64,000 nucleotides of DNA. Origin: an uncultured Candidatus Binatia bacterium (GTDB lineage Bacteria > Desulfobacterota > Binatia > UBA9968 > JAJDTQ01). This document shows, in pieces, positions 47,665-58,771 of this stretch (position 1 is its first letter; every line of letters starts with the position of its first letter). The stretch lies in the NCBI GenBank assembly GCA_965215605.1, contig OZ244070.1, forward strand, positions 2,848,001 through 2,912,000, in the 5' to 3' direction. The translations under genes and the position numbers were made by a program. The notes beneath the pieces were generated by a model. It did no database searches and was not told the DNA's origin. It saw only the letters and a list, made by a program, of their open reading frames with translations.

Positions 47665-47796
47665 GTCCTGTCGCCTCCGTTGACCGAATTGCGTGTCGCT
47701 TCACTGTACCCGTAAACCGCCGGTTCCGACAGCCGGGCCGGCGCCGGTTGAACAGGCGGCACCCCGTGGGATATTCTGAACCGACGGTCAGGAGGG

Positions 47797-48090
47797 TTGA
47801 GATTGACAACCACCGGCATCCGCCACCAACCCGACGAAACGCCCCCGCTGGCCGCCTCCCTGGGCCTTGGCCTGCAACTCGCGGTGCCGAGCGCTACCGT
47901 CACCATCCTGATTCCCACGGTTTTGGGGACGGTGATCATGCTCATTGCCGCGGCCGTGGACGGGCTCGGCAACCTGGTCTCCGGCTTCGCCGGAACGGTC
48001 CCCAACACGGCCTACACCACCGCGGTATCGGTGGCTGAGCTAACCGGCGTCGCCGCCGGCGGTCTCGGGGTGGCCGCCGGCCCGCCACGG
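47797..48090 (+). pseudogene. Internally deleted xanthine/uracil (NCS2) permease remnant
   Basis: N-terminal QPDETPP...LGLQ is joined directly to the DGLGNLVSGFAGTVPNTAY...TGVAA signature region, so most helices are missing. Confidence 0.65.
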
Positions 48091-48316
48091 CTAGTGTGGT
48101 GCCTGGTTGATTCGCATAACAATCCGCGGGTCTTTTTCGCCGTCGGCAGCGTGGTAAGGTGCGCAGGAGTTCTTTTGTCGGCACGTGTGTACTGCTCTTG
48201 CGGGAATGGCAGGAAGCGCAAGCGCGGTGGTCGCGAAAGGCGGCTGTACGAAATGCCTGCGACCCGTTGCGTTTCGTCGCGCACGATGGATCAAGGAATT
48301 CGCGGAGGGCGAAGAG

Positions 48317-51300
48317 ATGAAGAGCAAGGACCGTTCCCCGTCGTCCCGAGCGCCGGGCGTACGGGCGAAGAGTTCCGACCGCCGGGCTTCCGGGACCGCC
48401 GAGCCCATCGCCATCGTCGGCATGGCGTGCCGGTTCCCCGGCGCGCCGGACATTTCCTCCTTCTGGCGCCTGCTCGAAGCCGGCGGCAACTCCATCACCG
48501 AAAGCACACCGGCTTTCGGTGTCGGGCGCGTGGGCCAGATTTTCCCTGACGGTACGGTGCCCCGCGAAGCCTGCCGTTTCGGCGCCTTCGTCGACGACAT
48601 CGAGCTGTTCGACGCCGGTTTCTTCCGGATCTCGCCGGTGGAAGCCCAACTGCTGGACCCGCAACAGCGCATGATGCTGGAGACCAGTTGGCAGGCCCTG
48701 GAGGACGCGGGGATCGACCCGGACCGGCTCAAGGAGAGCCTCACCGGCGTGTACACCGGCATCAGCAACGACGAGTACCGGATGCTGGTGGTGGATTCGA
48801 CCAAGCCTTCCGGGGCCGCCGAGTGCCTCTATGCCCTGAGCGGTACCAACCTGAACGGCACCAGCGGGCGCGTCTCCTTCGTGCTGGGCCTCATGGGGCC
48901 GGCGAAAGCGGTGGACGCCGCCTGCGCCTCGTCCCTGGTGTCGGTACACGACGCGGTGGCGGACCTCCAGCAGGGGAAGGCGGACCTGGCCATTGCCGGC
49001 GGGGTCCAGGCCATGCTGAACAGCCGCATCTACGAGCTGCGGGCGGACGCCATGATGCTGTCCCCGGACGGACAGAGCAAGGCGTTCGACGCCTCCGCCA
49101 ACGGCTACGTTCGGGGCGAGGGTTGCGGGGTCGTGGTGCTGAAGCGCCTGAGCGACGCGGAGGCCGACGGCGACCGGATCTGGGCGGTGATCCGAGGCGC
49201 GGCGGTGAACCACGGCGGCGCCAGCTCCGGTCTGACGGTGCCGCACACGCCCGCCTTGGTGCAGGTCATCGAAACGGCGCTGTCGCAGGCGGGAATACCA
49301 CCGGCGGAGGTGGACTACCTGGAGGCTCACGGCACCGGCACGGCCGTGGGCGACCCCATCGAGATCAACGCCGTGGCCGATGTCTACGGCAGGGGACGCG
49401 ACCCCGACCACCCGCTTCTGGTGGCTTCGGTGAAGACCAACATCGGCCATCTGGAGTCGGCGGCCGGGATCGCCGGCCTGATCAAGACGGCGCTTGTGGT
49501 CAATCGGGGCGTCCTTCCGAAGCACCTGCATTTCCGGGATCCCAATCCCCGTCTCGACTGGAACCGTCTGCCGCTGCGCATCACCACGGCCCTGATGGAC
49601 TGGCCCAACCGTCCCGGCCGGCCGCGCCGCGCCGGCGTGAACTCCTTCGGGATATCCGGCACCAACGCCCATATCGTGGTGGAGGAGTATCTCGCCCCGG
49701 AGGAGACGTCCGGAGAGGAACACCGGGCCGTCGGCCCGGCCCGGGTGGTGGCGGTCTCGCTGCCCGAGACCGCGGCGGACCTGCCGTTGCCGGAGCAGGG
49801 GCTCGGTCCACGGTCGGCCCGTTTCCTGCCGCTCTCGGGCAAGTCGCCGGCTGCACTCCGGGAACTCGCGGCACGGTATCTGTCGTGGCTCGACGAACCC
49901 CCGGAGAACCTGTCGGCCGAAGGCGCGGCTTCGGAGCCGGCGCTGTCGGACATGGCATGGACGGCCGGGGTGGGACGGAGCCACTTCGATCAACGCGCCG
50001 GCGTGGTCTTCCACGATGCCAGCTCCTTGCGCGAGGGGCTGAAGGCCCTGACCCAGTCGGGCGAGGACGCCGGGCCGGCGGCCAACACGGTGGCATTCGC
50101 CTACACCGGACAGGGAAGCCAGTGGGTCGGCATGGGCCGGACGCTCTACGAGAGCGAGCCGGTGGCGCGGGCGGTGCTCGACCGGTGCGAGTCGGTGTTC
50201 CGGGAGCAGCGGGGGACCTCCCTGCTGGACGTGATGTTCGGCAGGACCGGAGGGGAAGGGGACCTGGGCGATACGGCCTGGGAACAGCCGGCGCTCTATG
50301 CGCTGGAGTGTGCGCTCACCGCGCTGTGGGCGAGCGTGGGTGTCCGGCCCGCGGCCGTCCTCGGGCACAGCGTGGGCGAAATCGCGGCGGCCCAGGCCGC
50401 GGGCGTGTTCAGCCTGGAGGACGGGATGAGGCTGGCGGCGACGCGGGGCACTCTCCTGTCCGGCATCGATCCGGGCGCCATGGCCGCGGTCTTTGCGCCG
50501 GCGGCGCGCGTGGCGGCCGTGGTCGAGGCGGCCAACGACGCATCGGCTGGAGTCGGTGTCAACATCTCGGCGGATAATGGAACCCACCAAGTGGTCAGCG
50601 GACCGGTGGCGGGCATCGAAAACCTCTCGAAGCGCTTCGATTCGGAAGGCATCCGGGTCAGGCGGCTGAACACGACCAAAGCGTTCCACAGCGCGCTGGT
50701 GGAGCCAGCTCTGGACGCGCTGGAAGCGTTCCTGGGCGGCGTGACCGTCGAGTCCCCCTCCCTGGCGGCGGTGGTCAGCAACCTGACCGGCCGGGTGGTG
50801 GAGGCGGGCGAGAGGCTGGACGGGGTCTACTGGCGGCGGCATGCACGGGAGCCGGTGGCGTTCGCGTCCGGCGTCCGCACGTTGGCGGAGTTCGGCGTGG
50901 ACCTCGTGGTGGAGATCGGCCCGCACTCGGTGTTGGCCCCGATGGCGGTGTCGGCCTGGCCCGAGTCCCCTGGGAGGCCGGCGCCAAGGGTGCTGCCGAG
51001 CCTGTCCAGACCGTCCGGCGACGACCCGGCCGACCCGGATGACGGCTTCGTCGAGGCGGTGGCCGGGGCGTACCGGGCGGGGCTGCCGGTTCGTTTCGAG
51101 GGGCTCTTCGCGGGAGAGGCGCGGCGACGCATCCCGTTGCCGGGGTATCCGTTTCAACGGGAACGCCATTGGCTGGAGGCGCCGAAACAACGGCGCGGGA
51201 GCGACGGCCACCCGCTGCTGGGCGTCCGGCATGAGTCCGCTCGCGGCGAGATCTCCTTCGAGACGGAAGTCTTCCCGTCGGATCCCGCGTGGCTGAGCGA

Positions 51301-54300
51301 CCACCGGCTGTTCGGGCGGGTGGTGGCCCCGGCCGCGCTCTACGGCGCCATGGCGGCAACGGCGGCCCTCGCCGAGGGCGGCGGAGCGGTGGTGGAAGAC
51401 ATGCAACTGCACAACCCGCTGGTGTTTCCGGAGCAGGAGTCCGGGGACGGTGCGGGTGAGGACGGCCGGAGAGTCCAGGTCGTGCTCGACGCTCCCGGGC
51501 AGGCGGCGTCCCGCGGCGTCCAGCTCTTCAGCAAGGGGAGTGATGGGGAATGGACGGTGCACGTGGAGGGACGCGTGCCGTCGGGCGCCCCCGCGCCGCA
51601 ACCGGTGACTCGGGTGGATCTGGACGGTCTGAAGGCCGGCATGGCGCCGGTGGAGGTGGCGGACTACTATCGGGCCAGGGCAGAAACGGGGATCGACCTC
51701 GGTCCGTCCTTCCGCAGCCTCGGGAGAATCTGGGCGCGACCGGGCGAGGCGTTGGGCGAGGTCTCCTTTCCGGAAGCGCTCGGGCGCAACGGCCTGGATG
51801 TCCACCCGCTGGTGCTGGACGGTTGCTTTCAGGTCGTGGGGGCCGCACGCGGCCTCACCGGAACCCAGGGTGCGACCACGTACCTGCCGTTCGGATGGGA
51901 GCGCTTGTGGCTGGCGGGGCGGCTGCCGGAGAGGGTCGTCTGCCACGTGCGCATGAACATGGCATCCCCGGAGCCGGAGGAGGTGACGGGTGAAGCGCCG
52001 GAGGTCCTGAGCGGGGACCTGAACATCTACGACCCCGACGGGGTGCTGCTCGGCGTATTGAGCGGATACACGGTGAAGCGGGCCACGCGGGAGGCGCTGC
52101 TGTCGGCGGTCGAAGGCGTGAAGGATCTGTTGTACGAAGTCGTGTGGCGCGACTCCGCCCTCGCCCCGGGCCTGTTGCCGGCGGACTTCTTCCCGAGTCC
52201 GGCCACCGTCGCCGCGGCCTCGCAGTCGTTCTCCGGCTACCTGACCGGCGCGGACGTGGATCCCGAGGACCGGTGTGCCTTGCTGGAGGACCTGGAGCGG
52301 TGGTCCTGGTCCTACGCGCTCGCGACCCTCGACAAGCTGCGCTGGCGGCGCAGGGCGGGCGAGGTGGTGGATCCCGAAGACCTGCGTCAACGGCTGGGCG
52401 TCAAGGAGGAGCACAAGCGCCTCTTTCGGCGGATGCTCGAGATGCTCGCCAGATCAGGCGTCCTGGAGGAAGCCGGCGACGGGTTCACCGTGGTGGTGGG
52501 TTCGAGGGACCGGTGGCCGGATGAAATGCCGCCCTATCCCGATTTGTTCGGCGAGCAGATGGCGGACCTGTACCCGGACGGCTCCATCGAGGTCGGGCTG
52601 TTCAGGAGGTCGGGAGCCGCCCTGGCCGACGTACTTCGCGGCCGGGCCGATCCGCTGACGCTCCTGTTCAGCAGCGGCGAGCCCACCGCGGCGGATCTGT
52701 ATCTCAAGGCGCCGGTGGCGCGCGTGGCCAACCGGATGCTGGCGGACGCGGTCCAGGTGCTGGTGGCCTGGATACCGGAAGGACGGCGGCTGCGGGTGCT
52801 GGAGATCGGAGCGGGCACGGGGTCGGCCACCGCGTCCGTGCTGCCGGAGCTTGCGGACGGCCGCTTCGACTACATCTACACGGATATCTCCGCGGGCTTC
52901 TTCGCGGAAGCCGAGGCGCGGTTCGGCAACGAGGGCATCGAGTACCGGCCGCTGGACATCGAGAAGGATCCCATCCCCCAAGGCTTCGAGTCCCACGGTT
53001 ACGACCTGTTGATCGCGTCCAACGTGCTGCACGCCACCCGGTACCTGCCGGCGACGCTGGGCCACTGCCTGGACCTGCTGGCGCCGTCGGGACACCTGAT
53101 CGCCCTCGAGAATCTCAGCGGCCTGGGCTGGATGGATCTGACCTTCGGACAGTTGGACGGGTGGTGGCGGTTCGCCGACGACTACCGCCCGCACCACGCC
53201 CTGGCGAACCCGGCGGTGTGGCGGCGGGCACTCGGCGACGCTGGCTTCACGGGAGCGGAAGTGCTGGGGCCGGACGAGTCCGAAACGGACAGGATGCCGG
53301 ACAAGGGCGTCATCGTGGCCCAAGGTCCGGCGCAGGTGACGGAACCCCCGGGCGTGTGGGTGCTCGCCGCGGACCACGGCGGTGTGGCGGCCGAGTTGGC
53401 AACCGAGCTGGCGGCGCGTAACCAGACCGTCGTGCTGGCGGATGGCGAAGCCTCGGGAAGCCTGGAGAACCACGGGGCCGGTGTTCTCAGGACGGCCGTG
53501 GACGCGGAGGACCGTGAGGCGTGGCGATCGCTGTTGGAGGGCCTGCCTCAAGACATACCGTTCAACGGGGTGGCACACCTGGCGGGGCTGGACGGTCACG
53601 GGGCCGAAGCCGAGGCCGCGGAGATCGCCGAGGACGTGAGCCGCGCCGGGGCAAGCGCGCTGGCGCTGACGCAGGCCGTGGCCGATGTCGACGTGACGCC
53701 GGCCAAGGGCGTCTGGTTCGTCACCCGCGGGGCGCAGGTGCTGGAACGGGAGCGCGGCGGCGAGCTTGCCGGCGCCATACTGTGGGGTTTCGGCAAGGCG
53801 GTGGCGCGGGAGGCGGCGCACCTCCAGCCGAGGATGATCGATCTGGACCCCGGAGACACGGCCCCCGTGCCCGATCTCCTGAGCGAGCTGCTGTATCCCG
53901 ATCCGGAGAACCACATCGCGTACCGCTCGGGACGCCGTCGGGTGGCGCGTCTGGTCCGGGCGGGCGCGGGGGTGGAACGGCTGTCCCTGCCGGAACAGCC
54001 GGAGTGGACGCTGGCCCCGGATCCGGCCGGCGTGTTCGAGAAACCGTACGTCATGCCACTGCCGGCGCGTCCCCTGGAGCCCAGGGAAGTCCGCGTCGCG
54101 GTGGACGCTGCTGGGCTCAACTTCTGGGACGTGTTTCGTTCCCTCGGCTTCATCGAGGAGGGGAATCTGGGCCGGGAGATGTGCGGCCGCATCGTCGATG
54201 TGGGTTCGGAGGTCTCCGCCGTGTCGGCGGGCGACCCGGTGGTGGGACTGGGGTTCGGCGCGTTCGCGGCGGAAATGATCACCCACGAGGAGCTGGTGGC

Positions 54301-57300
54301 CCCCGCGCCGCCGGGGATTCCGGTGACGGGGCTCGCCACGGTGCCCAGCGCGTTCGTGTCGGCGGCCTTGTCGTACGAGTTTACCGGGCTGGAAGCCGGC
54401 GACCGCGTGCTGATTCACGCCGGCGCCGGGGGCGTGGGGTTGGCGGCGATCCAGTTGGCGCAGGCGGCGGGAGCCGAGGTCTTCGCCACCGCCAGCGCGC
54501 CGGAGCAGGCGTATCTCCGGTCGCTGGGAGTGGATCATATCTACGACAGCCGTCAGACGGCGTTCGGGAAGGAGATACTCGACGACACGGATGGCGCGGG
54601 CATGGACGTGGTGCTGAACAGCCTGACGGGAGAAGGCTTCATCGACGCCAGCCTGTCCTGCCTGAAGCACGGCGGCCGGTTCGTGGAGCTGGCCCGGCGT
54701 GACATCCTGAGCGCGGACGAGATGGCGGCGGCGCGTCCGGACGTGGCCTACCTGATCTTGGACCTGGACGTACTCAAGAAGACCGACCCGGCGTGGGTAG
54801 GAAGGGTCCTGCGGGGGGTGATGGAGCGCTTGGTGGCGAAAGAGCTGGAACCCATCATTCACAGCAGGTGGCCGCTGTCCGAAGCGGGGGCCGCCTTGAG
54901 CTTCATGCGCTCGGCGCGGCACCTCGGCAAGATCGTCGTGACCGCCTCGCCGCTGGCGACGGGCCGGTTGCGGCAGGACCGGAGCTACCTGGTGACCGGC
55001 GGTCTGGGCGGAATCGGCTGCGCCGTGGCCGGTTGGCTGGCAGACCACGGAGCCGGGACCATCGTCCTCAACGGGCGCCGGGCTCCGGACGACGCCGCCG
55101 ACGAGGCCATCGACGCTCTCAGGGAACGCGGGGTGACGGTGCGGGTGGAGCTGGCGGACGTCAGCGACGCGGCCGCGGTGGACGCGATGCTGGAGCGGAT
55201 CGATGGCGAACTGCCGCCCCTCGGCGGCGTGATCCACAGCGTGGGCGTGCTGTCGGACGGCGCCCTGACCAACCAGAGCTGGGAGCGGTTCGAAACGGTG
55301 CTGTGGCCGAAAGTGCTGGGGGGCTGGCACCTGCACCGTGCGACCGCGGACCGTGATCTGGAGTTCTTCATCCTGTTTTCGAGTCGGGTCGGCGTCATGG
55401 GCAATCCCGGCCAGGCCAACCACGCTTCGGCCAATGCCTTTCTGGACCAGCTCGCCGGCCACCGCCGGGCGCTGGGGCTTCCGGGGCAGAGCATCGCCTG
55501 GGGGGCGTGGTCCGAGATCGGCGAGGCCGCGGAACAACGGGAACGCATCGACCTGCAACGGACGGCCTTGGGCGGGCGCTGGTTTACCCCGCAGCAGGGT
55601 CTCCGGGCATTGGACCAGTTGGTGCGGCAGGATGCCACCCACTCCGTGGTCATGGCGATGGACTGGTCGATGTTCGAAGAGGCGGTGGAAGACCGTCCGC
55701 TCTTTCTGGAAGACCTGCTGACCGCCGCGGCCGACGACGACGCCGGCACCGGGGCGTCGTCGGACGATCTGCTTTCCCGGCTGCGGGGAACCTCGGTGGG
55801 GTCGCCCGAAGAGTTGCTCGTGTCCTTCCTGCAACAGGAGGTCCGGGCGGTGCTGAGGCTGCCGGCAACGCCGGCCCCCACGGTGGGGTTCTTCGACCTG
55901 GGGATGGACTCGCTGATGGCGGTGGAGCTGCGAAACCGGCTGAACCGGGCGCTGGCGGACGTGTACACGGTGCCCAACACCGCGGTGTTCGACTACCCGG
56001 ACATCGCCGCCCTGGCGCGGCATCTGGTCGGGGAGCTTGGCGAAGTGGGCAGCGCGCTCGTTCCGCAGGCACAACCCGAGACACGGGCCGAGGCACAGCC
56101 CGCGGCACAGGCAACGCCGGCCGTGCGCCACGGGGACGACGGCATCGCCATCGTCGGCATGGCATGCCGCTTCCCCGGCGCTTCGGACCTGTCGGCCTTC
56201 TGGCGCCAGCTCGAAGCGGGCGAGAACGCGGTGACGGACCGGCGCCGGGATGCCGTTTCCTCGGACGATCTCGCCGCGGGCCTTCCCGCCGAGTATGCGG
56301 CTTACGCCCGGGGCGGGTTCGTGGATGGGATCGAAGGGTTCGACGCGGAATTCTTCCGGATTACGCCCATCGAGGCGCGCATGATGGATCCCCGGCAGCG
56401 CATGATGCTGGAGACCACTTGGCAGGCTGTCGAGGATGCCGGGATGGACCCGGGCGGGTTGAGGGGCAGCCGCACCGGAATCTACGCCGGCATCGGCACC
56501 AGCGAGTACCGGGACCTGATGACGGCCGGCGCTTACGGCGTGAGCTACCTGGGCACCGCCGCGAGCATGGCCGTTGGGCGGGTGGCTTTCCATCTGGGGG
56601 TGGAGGGGCCGACCATGCCGGTGGATCTCGACTGTGCGTCGTCGCTGGTGGCGGTGCATCACGCGTTGGCGGGTTTGCGTGGAGGTGAAGTGGACATGGC
56701 CCTGGTGGGCGGCGTGGCCGCGGTGCTGTCGCCGGGAATCACCCGGGAGATGGCCGATCTGGGGATGCTGTCGCGAGGAGGTCAGTGCAGGGCCTTCGAC
56801 GCCGCCGCGGATGGCTTCGTGCGCGGCGAGGGCTGCGGCATGGTGGTCCTCAAGCGGCTGGGCGACGCGGTAGCCGACGGCGATTGCATCTGGGGCGTGA
56901 TCCGTGGTTCGGCGGTGAACCAGAACGGCGCCAGCGCGGGGCCGACGGTGCCCAACGGCCGGGCGCAGGCGCGGGTGATCGAAGAGGCGCTGTCCCGGGC
57001 GGGTGTGGCGCCCTCCGAAGTGGATTATCTGGAGACCCACGGGGCGGGGTCGCAGTTGGGCGATACCATCGAGGTCCAGGCGGCGGCCGCGGTCTACGGC
57101 AAGGGGCGCAAGCCGGAGCAGCCGCTCCTGATCGGCTCGGTGAAGACCAACATCGGCCACCTGGAGCCGGCCGCCGGGGTCGCGGGCCTGATCAAGACGG
57201 TACTGGCCATGAAGCGAGGCGTGATCCCGAAGCAACTCCATTTCGACGCCCCGAATCCGAACGTGGATTGGGAGCGGTTGCCGGTGCGCGTGACGTCAGA

Positions 57301-58645
57301 GGCGGTGGCGTGGCCTGCCGGTTCCGACCGGCCGCCGTTGGCGGCGGTCAGCGCGTTCGGGATCTCGGGGACCAACGCGCATGTCGTGGTGGGGGGATAC
57401 GCGCCCCCGGGCGGGGGATCCGGTGGTTCGGATGAAGGGAATTGGCCGCAGGGTTCCGCCGTCTCCGTTCCCGTGCTGTTGCCGGACGCGGCTGCGCCAC
57501 CCGCCGGTGGGGAGGTTGTGGTACGCACCGTTCGGTTGTTGCCGCTGTCGGGAAAGACCGATGGCGCGCTCCGGGAGTCGGCGCGGCGGTACCTTTCGTG
57601 GCTGGACGAACGCGGGAACGAGCCTTCTTTGGAGGACGCCGCCCCGGAACGCCGGCTCTCGGACATGGCCTGGACGGCGGGCGTGGGGCGGAGCCATTTC
57701 GATTGCCGGAAGGCTCTCGTCTTCCGCGACGCCGCGTCGCTTCGGGAGGGATTGAAGAGCTTGGCGGAGGGGAGCGGGGAGGGCGAGCCGGTGACGGCGA
57801 CGAAGGTGGCTTTCGTTTATTCCGGCCAGGGCCGCCAGTGGGCCGGCATGGGCCGGGCGCTTTACGAAGACGAGCCCCTCGCGCGGGCGGTCCTGGACCG
57901 GTGTGAAGCGGTCGTGCGGCAGGAGCGTGACGCGTCGCTCCTGGACGTCATGTTCGGCGGGACGGGCGGCGAAGGGGGGCCGGACGAACCGGGATGGATG
58001 CGGCCGGCGGTCTACGCGCTGGAATGCACACTGACGGCGCTGTGGTCGAGCGTCGGGATTCGACCGGGCGTGGCAATGGGCCGTGGCCCGGGAGAACTTG
58101 CGGCGGCGCAGGCGGCCGGAGTGTTCGGTCTGGAAGAAGGGTTGCGTTTGGCCATGGCCTCGGCAAGGGAAGGCCGGGAACCGGGTCCGGGCGGTTTGGA
58201 GGCGGTCCTGGCCGGCGTCGCGTTGGCGCCGCCGTCCCTGGTGCTGGTGAGTGGCGAGACCGGGTGCGTCGTGGAGTCGGGTGATGTGCTCGACAAGGCC
58301 TACTGGACCAGGCAAGGGCGCGAGCCCGCCTCGTTCACCGAATGCGTCCAGGCGCTGGCGTCGATGGATGTGGACGTCGTGGTGGAGATCGGTGTGCCGG
58401 ATCCGGGGGAACGGGCGGATACGGGCGCGGACCGCGGGACGCCGGTGGTGCTGACGAGCCTCCGGCGTGATGCGCCGCCGGACAACGGGTTCGTCGAGGC
58501 GGTGGCCGGCGCCTACGAGGCGGGGCTGGAGGTGTCCTTTGCCGGCCTCTTCGCGGGAGAGAGCCGTCGCCGGATCTCGCTGCCCGGCTACCCGTTCGAG
58601 CGTCGCCGCTACTGGATCGAGGCGCGCAAACGGCCGCCCGCCTGA
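48317..58645 (+). CDS. Type I PKS/FAS, SupA-like: KS-AT-DH-cMT-ER-KR-ACP-KS-AT(inactive)
   Basis: KS1 DAACASS/HGTGT/NIGH; AT GHSVG/AFHS; DH HRLFGRVVAP; MT LEIGAGTG; ER HAGAGGVG; KR TGGLGGIG/GQANH; ACP GMDSL; KS2 DCASS/HGAGS/NIGH; AT2 GRGPG lacks the Ser. Start set at MKSKD. Confidence 0.93.
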   Translation: MKSKDRSPSSRAPGVRAKSSDRRASGTAEPIAIVGMACRFPGAPDISSFWRLLEAGGNSITESTPAFGVGRVGQIFPDGTVPREACRFGAFVDDIELFDAGFFRISPVEAQLLDPQQRMMLETSWQALEDAGIDPDRLKESLTGVYTGISNDEYRMLVVDSTKPSGAAECLYALSGTNLNGTSGRVSFVLGLMGPAKAVDAACASSLVSVHDAVADLQQGKADLAIAGGVQAMLNSRIYELRADAMMLSPDGQSKAFDASANGYVRGEGCGVVVLKRLSDAEADGDRIWAVIRGAAVNHGGASSGLTVPHTPALVQVIETALSQAGIPPAEVDYLEAHGTGTAVGDPIEINAVADVYGRGRDPDHPLLVASVKTNIGHLESAAGIAGLIKTALVVNRGVLPKHLHFRDPNPRLDWNRLPLRITTALMDWPNRPGRPRRAGVNSFGISGTNAHIVVEEYLAPEETSGEEHRAVGPARVVAVSLPETAADLPLPEQGLGPRSARFLPLSGKSPAALRELAARYLSWLDEPPENLSAEGAASEPALSDMAWTAGVGRSHFDQRAGVVFHDASSLREGLKALTQSGEDAGPAANTVAFAYTGQGSQWVGMGRTLYESEPVARAVLDRCESVFREQRGTSLLDVMFGRTGGEGDLGDTAWEQPALYALECALTALWASVGVRPAAVLGHSVGEIAAAQAAGVFSLEDGMRLAATRGTLLSGIDPGAMAAVFAPAARVAAVVEAANDASAGVGVNISADNGTHQVVSGPVAGIENLSKRFDSEGIRVRRLNTTKAFHSALVEPALDALEAFLGGVTVESPSLAAVVSNLTGRVVEAGERLDGVYWRRHAREPVAFASGVRTLAEFGVDLVVEIGPHSVLAPMAVSAWPESPGRPAPRVLPSLSRPSGDDPADPDDGFVEAVAGAYRAGLPVRFEGLFAGEARRRIPLPGYPFQRERHWLEAPKQRRGSDGHPLLGVRHESARGEISFETEVFPSDPAWLSDHRLFGRVVAPAALYGAMAATAALAEGGGAVVEDMQLHNPLVFPEQESGDGAGEDGRRVQVVLDAPGQAASRGVQLFSKGSDGEWTVHVEGRVPSGAPAPQPVTRVDLDGLKAGMAPVEVADYYRARAETGIDLGPSFRSLGRIWARPGEALGEVSFPEALGRNGLDVHPLVLDGCFQVVGAARGLTGTQGATTYLPFGWERLWLAGRLPERVVCHVRMNMASPEPEEVTGEAPEVLSGDLNIYDPDGVLLGVLSGYTVKRATREALLSAVEGVKDLLYEVVWRDSALAPGLLPADFFPSPATVAAASQSFSGYLTGADVDPEDRCALLEDLERWSWSYALATLDKLRWRRRAGEVVDPEDLRQRLGVKEEHKRLFRRMLEMLARSGVLEEAGDGFTVVVGSRDRWPDEMPPYPDLFGEQMADLYPDGSIEVGLFRRSGAALADVLRGRADPLTLLFSSGEPTAADLYLKAPVARVANRMLADAVQVLVAWIPEGRRLRVLEIGAGTGSATASVLPELADGRFDYIYTDISAGFFAEAEARFGNEGIEYRPLDIEKDPIPQGFESHGYDLLIASNVLHATRYLPATLGHCLDLLAPSGHLIALENLSGLGWMDLTFGQLDGWWRFADDYRPHHALANPAVWRRALGDAGFTGAEVLGPDESETDRMPDKGVIVAQGPAQVTEPPGVWVLAADHGGVAAELATELAARNQTVVLADGEASGSLENHGAGVLRTAVDAEDREAWRSLLEGLPQDIPFNGVAHLAGLDGHGAEAEAAEIAEDVSRAGASALALTQAVADVDVTPAKGVWFVTRGAQVLERERGGELAGAILWGFGKAVAREAAHLQPRMIDLDPGDTAPVPDLLSELLYPDPENHIAYRSGRRRVARLVRAGAGVERLSLPEQPEWTLAPDPAGVFEKPYVMPLPARPLEPREVRVAVDAAGLNFWDVFRSLGFIEEGNLGREMCGRIVDVGSEVSAVSAGDPVVGLGFGAFAAEMITHEELVAPAPPGIPVTGLATVPSAFVSAALSYEFTGLEAGDRVLIHAGAGGVGLAAIQLAQAAGAEVFATASAPEQAYLRSLGVDHIYDSRQTAFGKEILDDTDGAGMDVVLNSLTGEGFIDASLSCLKHGGRFVELARRDILSADEMAAARPDVAYLILDLDVLKKTDPAWVGRVLRGVMERLVAKELEPIIHSRWPLSEAGAALSFMRSARHLGKIVVTASPLATGRLRQDRSYLVTGGLGGIGCAVAGWLADHGAGTIVLNGRRAPDDAADEAIDALRERGVTVRVELADVSDAAAVDAMLERIDGELPPLGGVIHSVGVLSDGALTNQSWERFETVLWPKVLGGWHLHRATADRDLEFFILFSSRVGVMGNPGQANHASANAFLDQLAGHRRALGLPGQSIAWGAWSEIGEAAEQRERIDLQRTALGGRWFTPQQGLRALDQLVRQDATHSVVMAMDWSMFEEAVEDRPLFLEDLLTAAADDDAGTGASSDDLLSRLRGTSVGSPEELLVSFLQQEVRAVLRLPATPAPTVGFFDLGMDSLMAVELRNRLNRALADVYTVPNTAVFDYPDIAALARHLVGELGEVGSALVPQAQPETRAEAQPAAQATPAVRHGDDGIAIVGMACRFPGASDLSAFWRQLEAGENAVTDRRRDAVSSDDLAAGLPAEYAAYARGGFVDGIEGFDAEFFRITPIEARMMDPRQRMMLETTWQAVEDAGMDPGGLRGSRTGIYAGIGTSEYRDLMTAGAYGVSYLGTAASMAVGRVAFHLGVEGPTMPVDLDCASSLVAVHHALAGLRGGEVDMALVGGVAAVLSPGITREMADLGMLSRGGQCRAFDAAADGFVRGEGCGMVVLKRLGDAVADGDCIWGVIRGSAVNQNGASAGPTVPNGRAQARVIEEALSRAGVAPSEVDYLETHGAGSQLGDTIEVQAAAAVYGKGRKPEQPLLIGSVKTNIGHLEPAAGVAGLIKTVLAMKRGVIPKQLHFDAPNPNVDWERLPVRVTSEAVAWPAGSDRPPLAAVSAFGISGTNAHVVVGGYAPPGGGSGGSDEGNWPQGSAVSVPVLLPDAAAPPAGGEVVVRTVRLLPLSGKTDGALRESARRYLSWLDERGNEPSLEDAAPERRLSDMAWTAGVGRSHFDCRKALVFRDAASLREGLKSLAEGSGEGEPVTATKVAFVYSGQGRQWAGMGRALYEDEPLARAVLDRCEAVVRQERDASLLDVMFGGTGGEGGPDEPGWMRPAVYALECTLTALWSSVGIRPGVAMGRGPGELAAAQAAGVFGLEEGLRLAMASAREGREPGPGGLEAVLAGVALAPPSLVLVSGETGCVVESGDVLDKAYWTRQGREPASFTECVQALASMDVDVVVEIGVPDPGERADTGADRGTPVVLTSLRRDAPPDNGFVEAVAGAYEAGLEVSFAGLFAGESRRRISLPGYPFERRRYWIEARKRPPA

Positions 58646-58771
58646 AGGTCGGGTTCATTGACGCACCATCCCCGGAGGGCTGGCAGTCCAAGCCTCCGAC
58701 AGATGGCGAAGTTTCATACCCGTGTGTTATAGGTTACTGCCAACTCGATTTTGACGAAAGGAGACAACACC

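Noticed and set aside
47942-57241. Very long antisense ORFs (1490 aa and 1595 aa) and many similar shadow ORFs across the window
   Set aside because: They mirror real genes on the opposite strand, are an expected effect of high GC3 codon bias, and show no recognisable motifs.
56130-58645. Similarity between the two KS-AT regions of the PKS
   Set aside because: This is ordinary intragenic domain paralogy, not a mobile or recent repeat.
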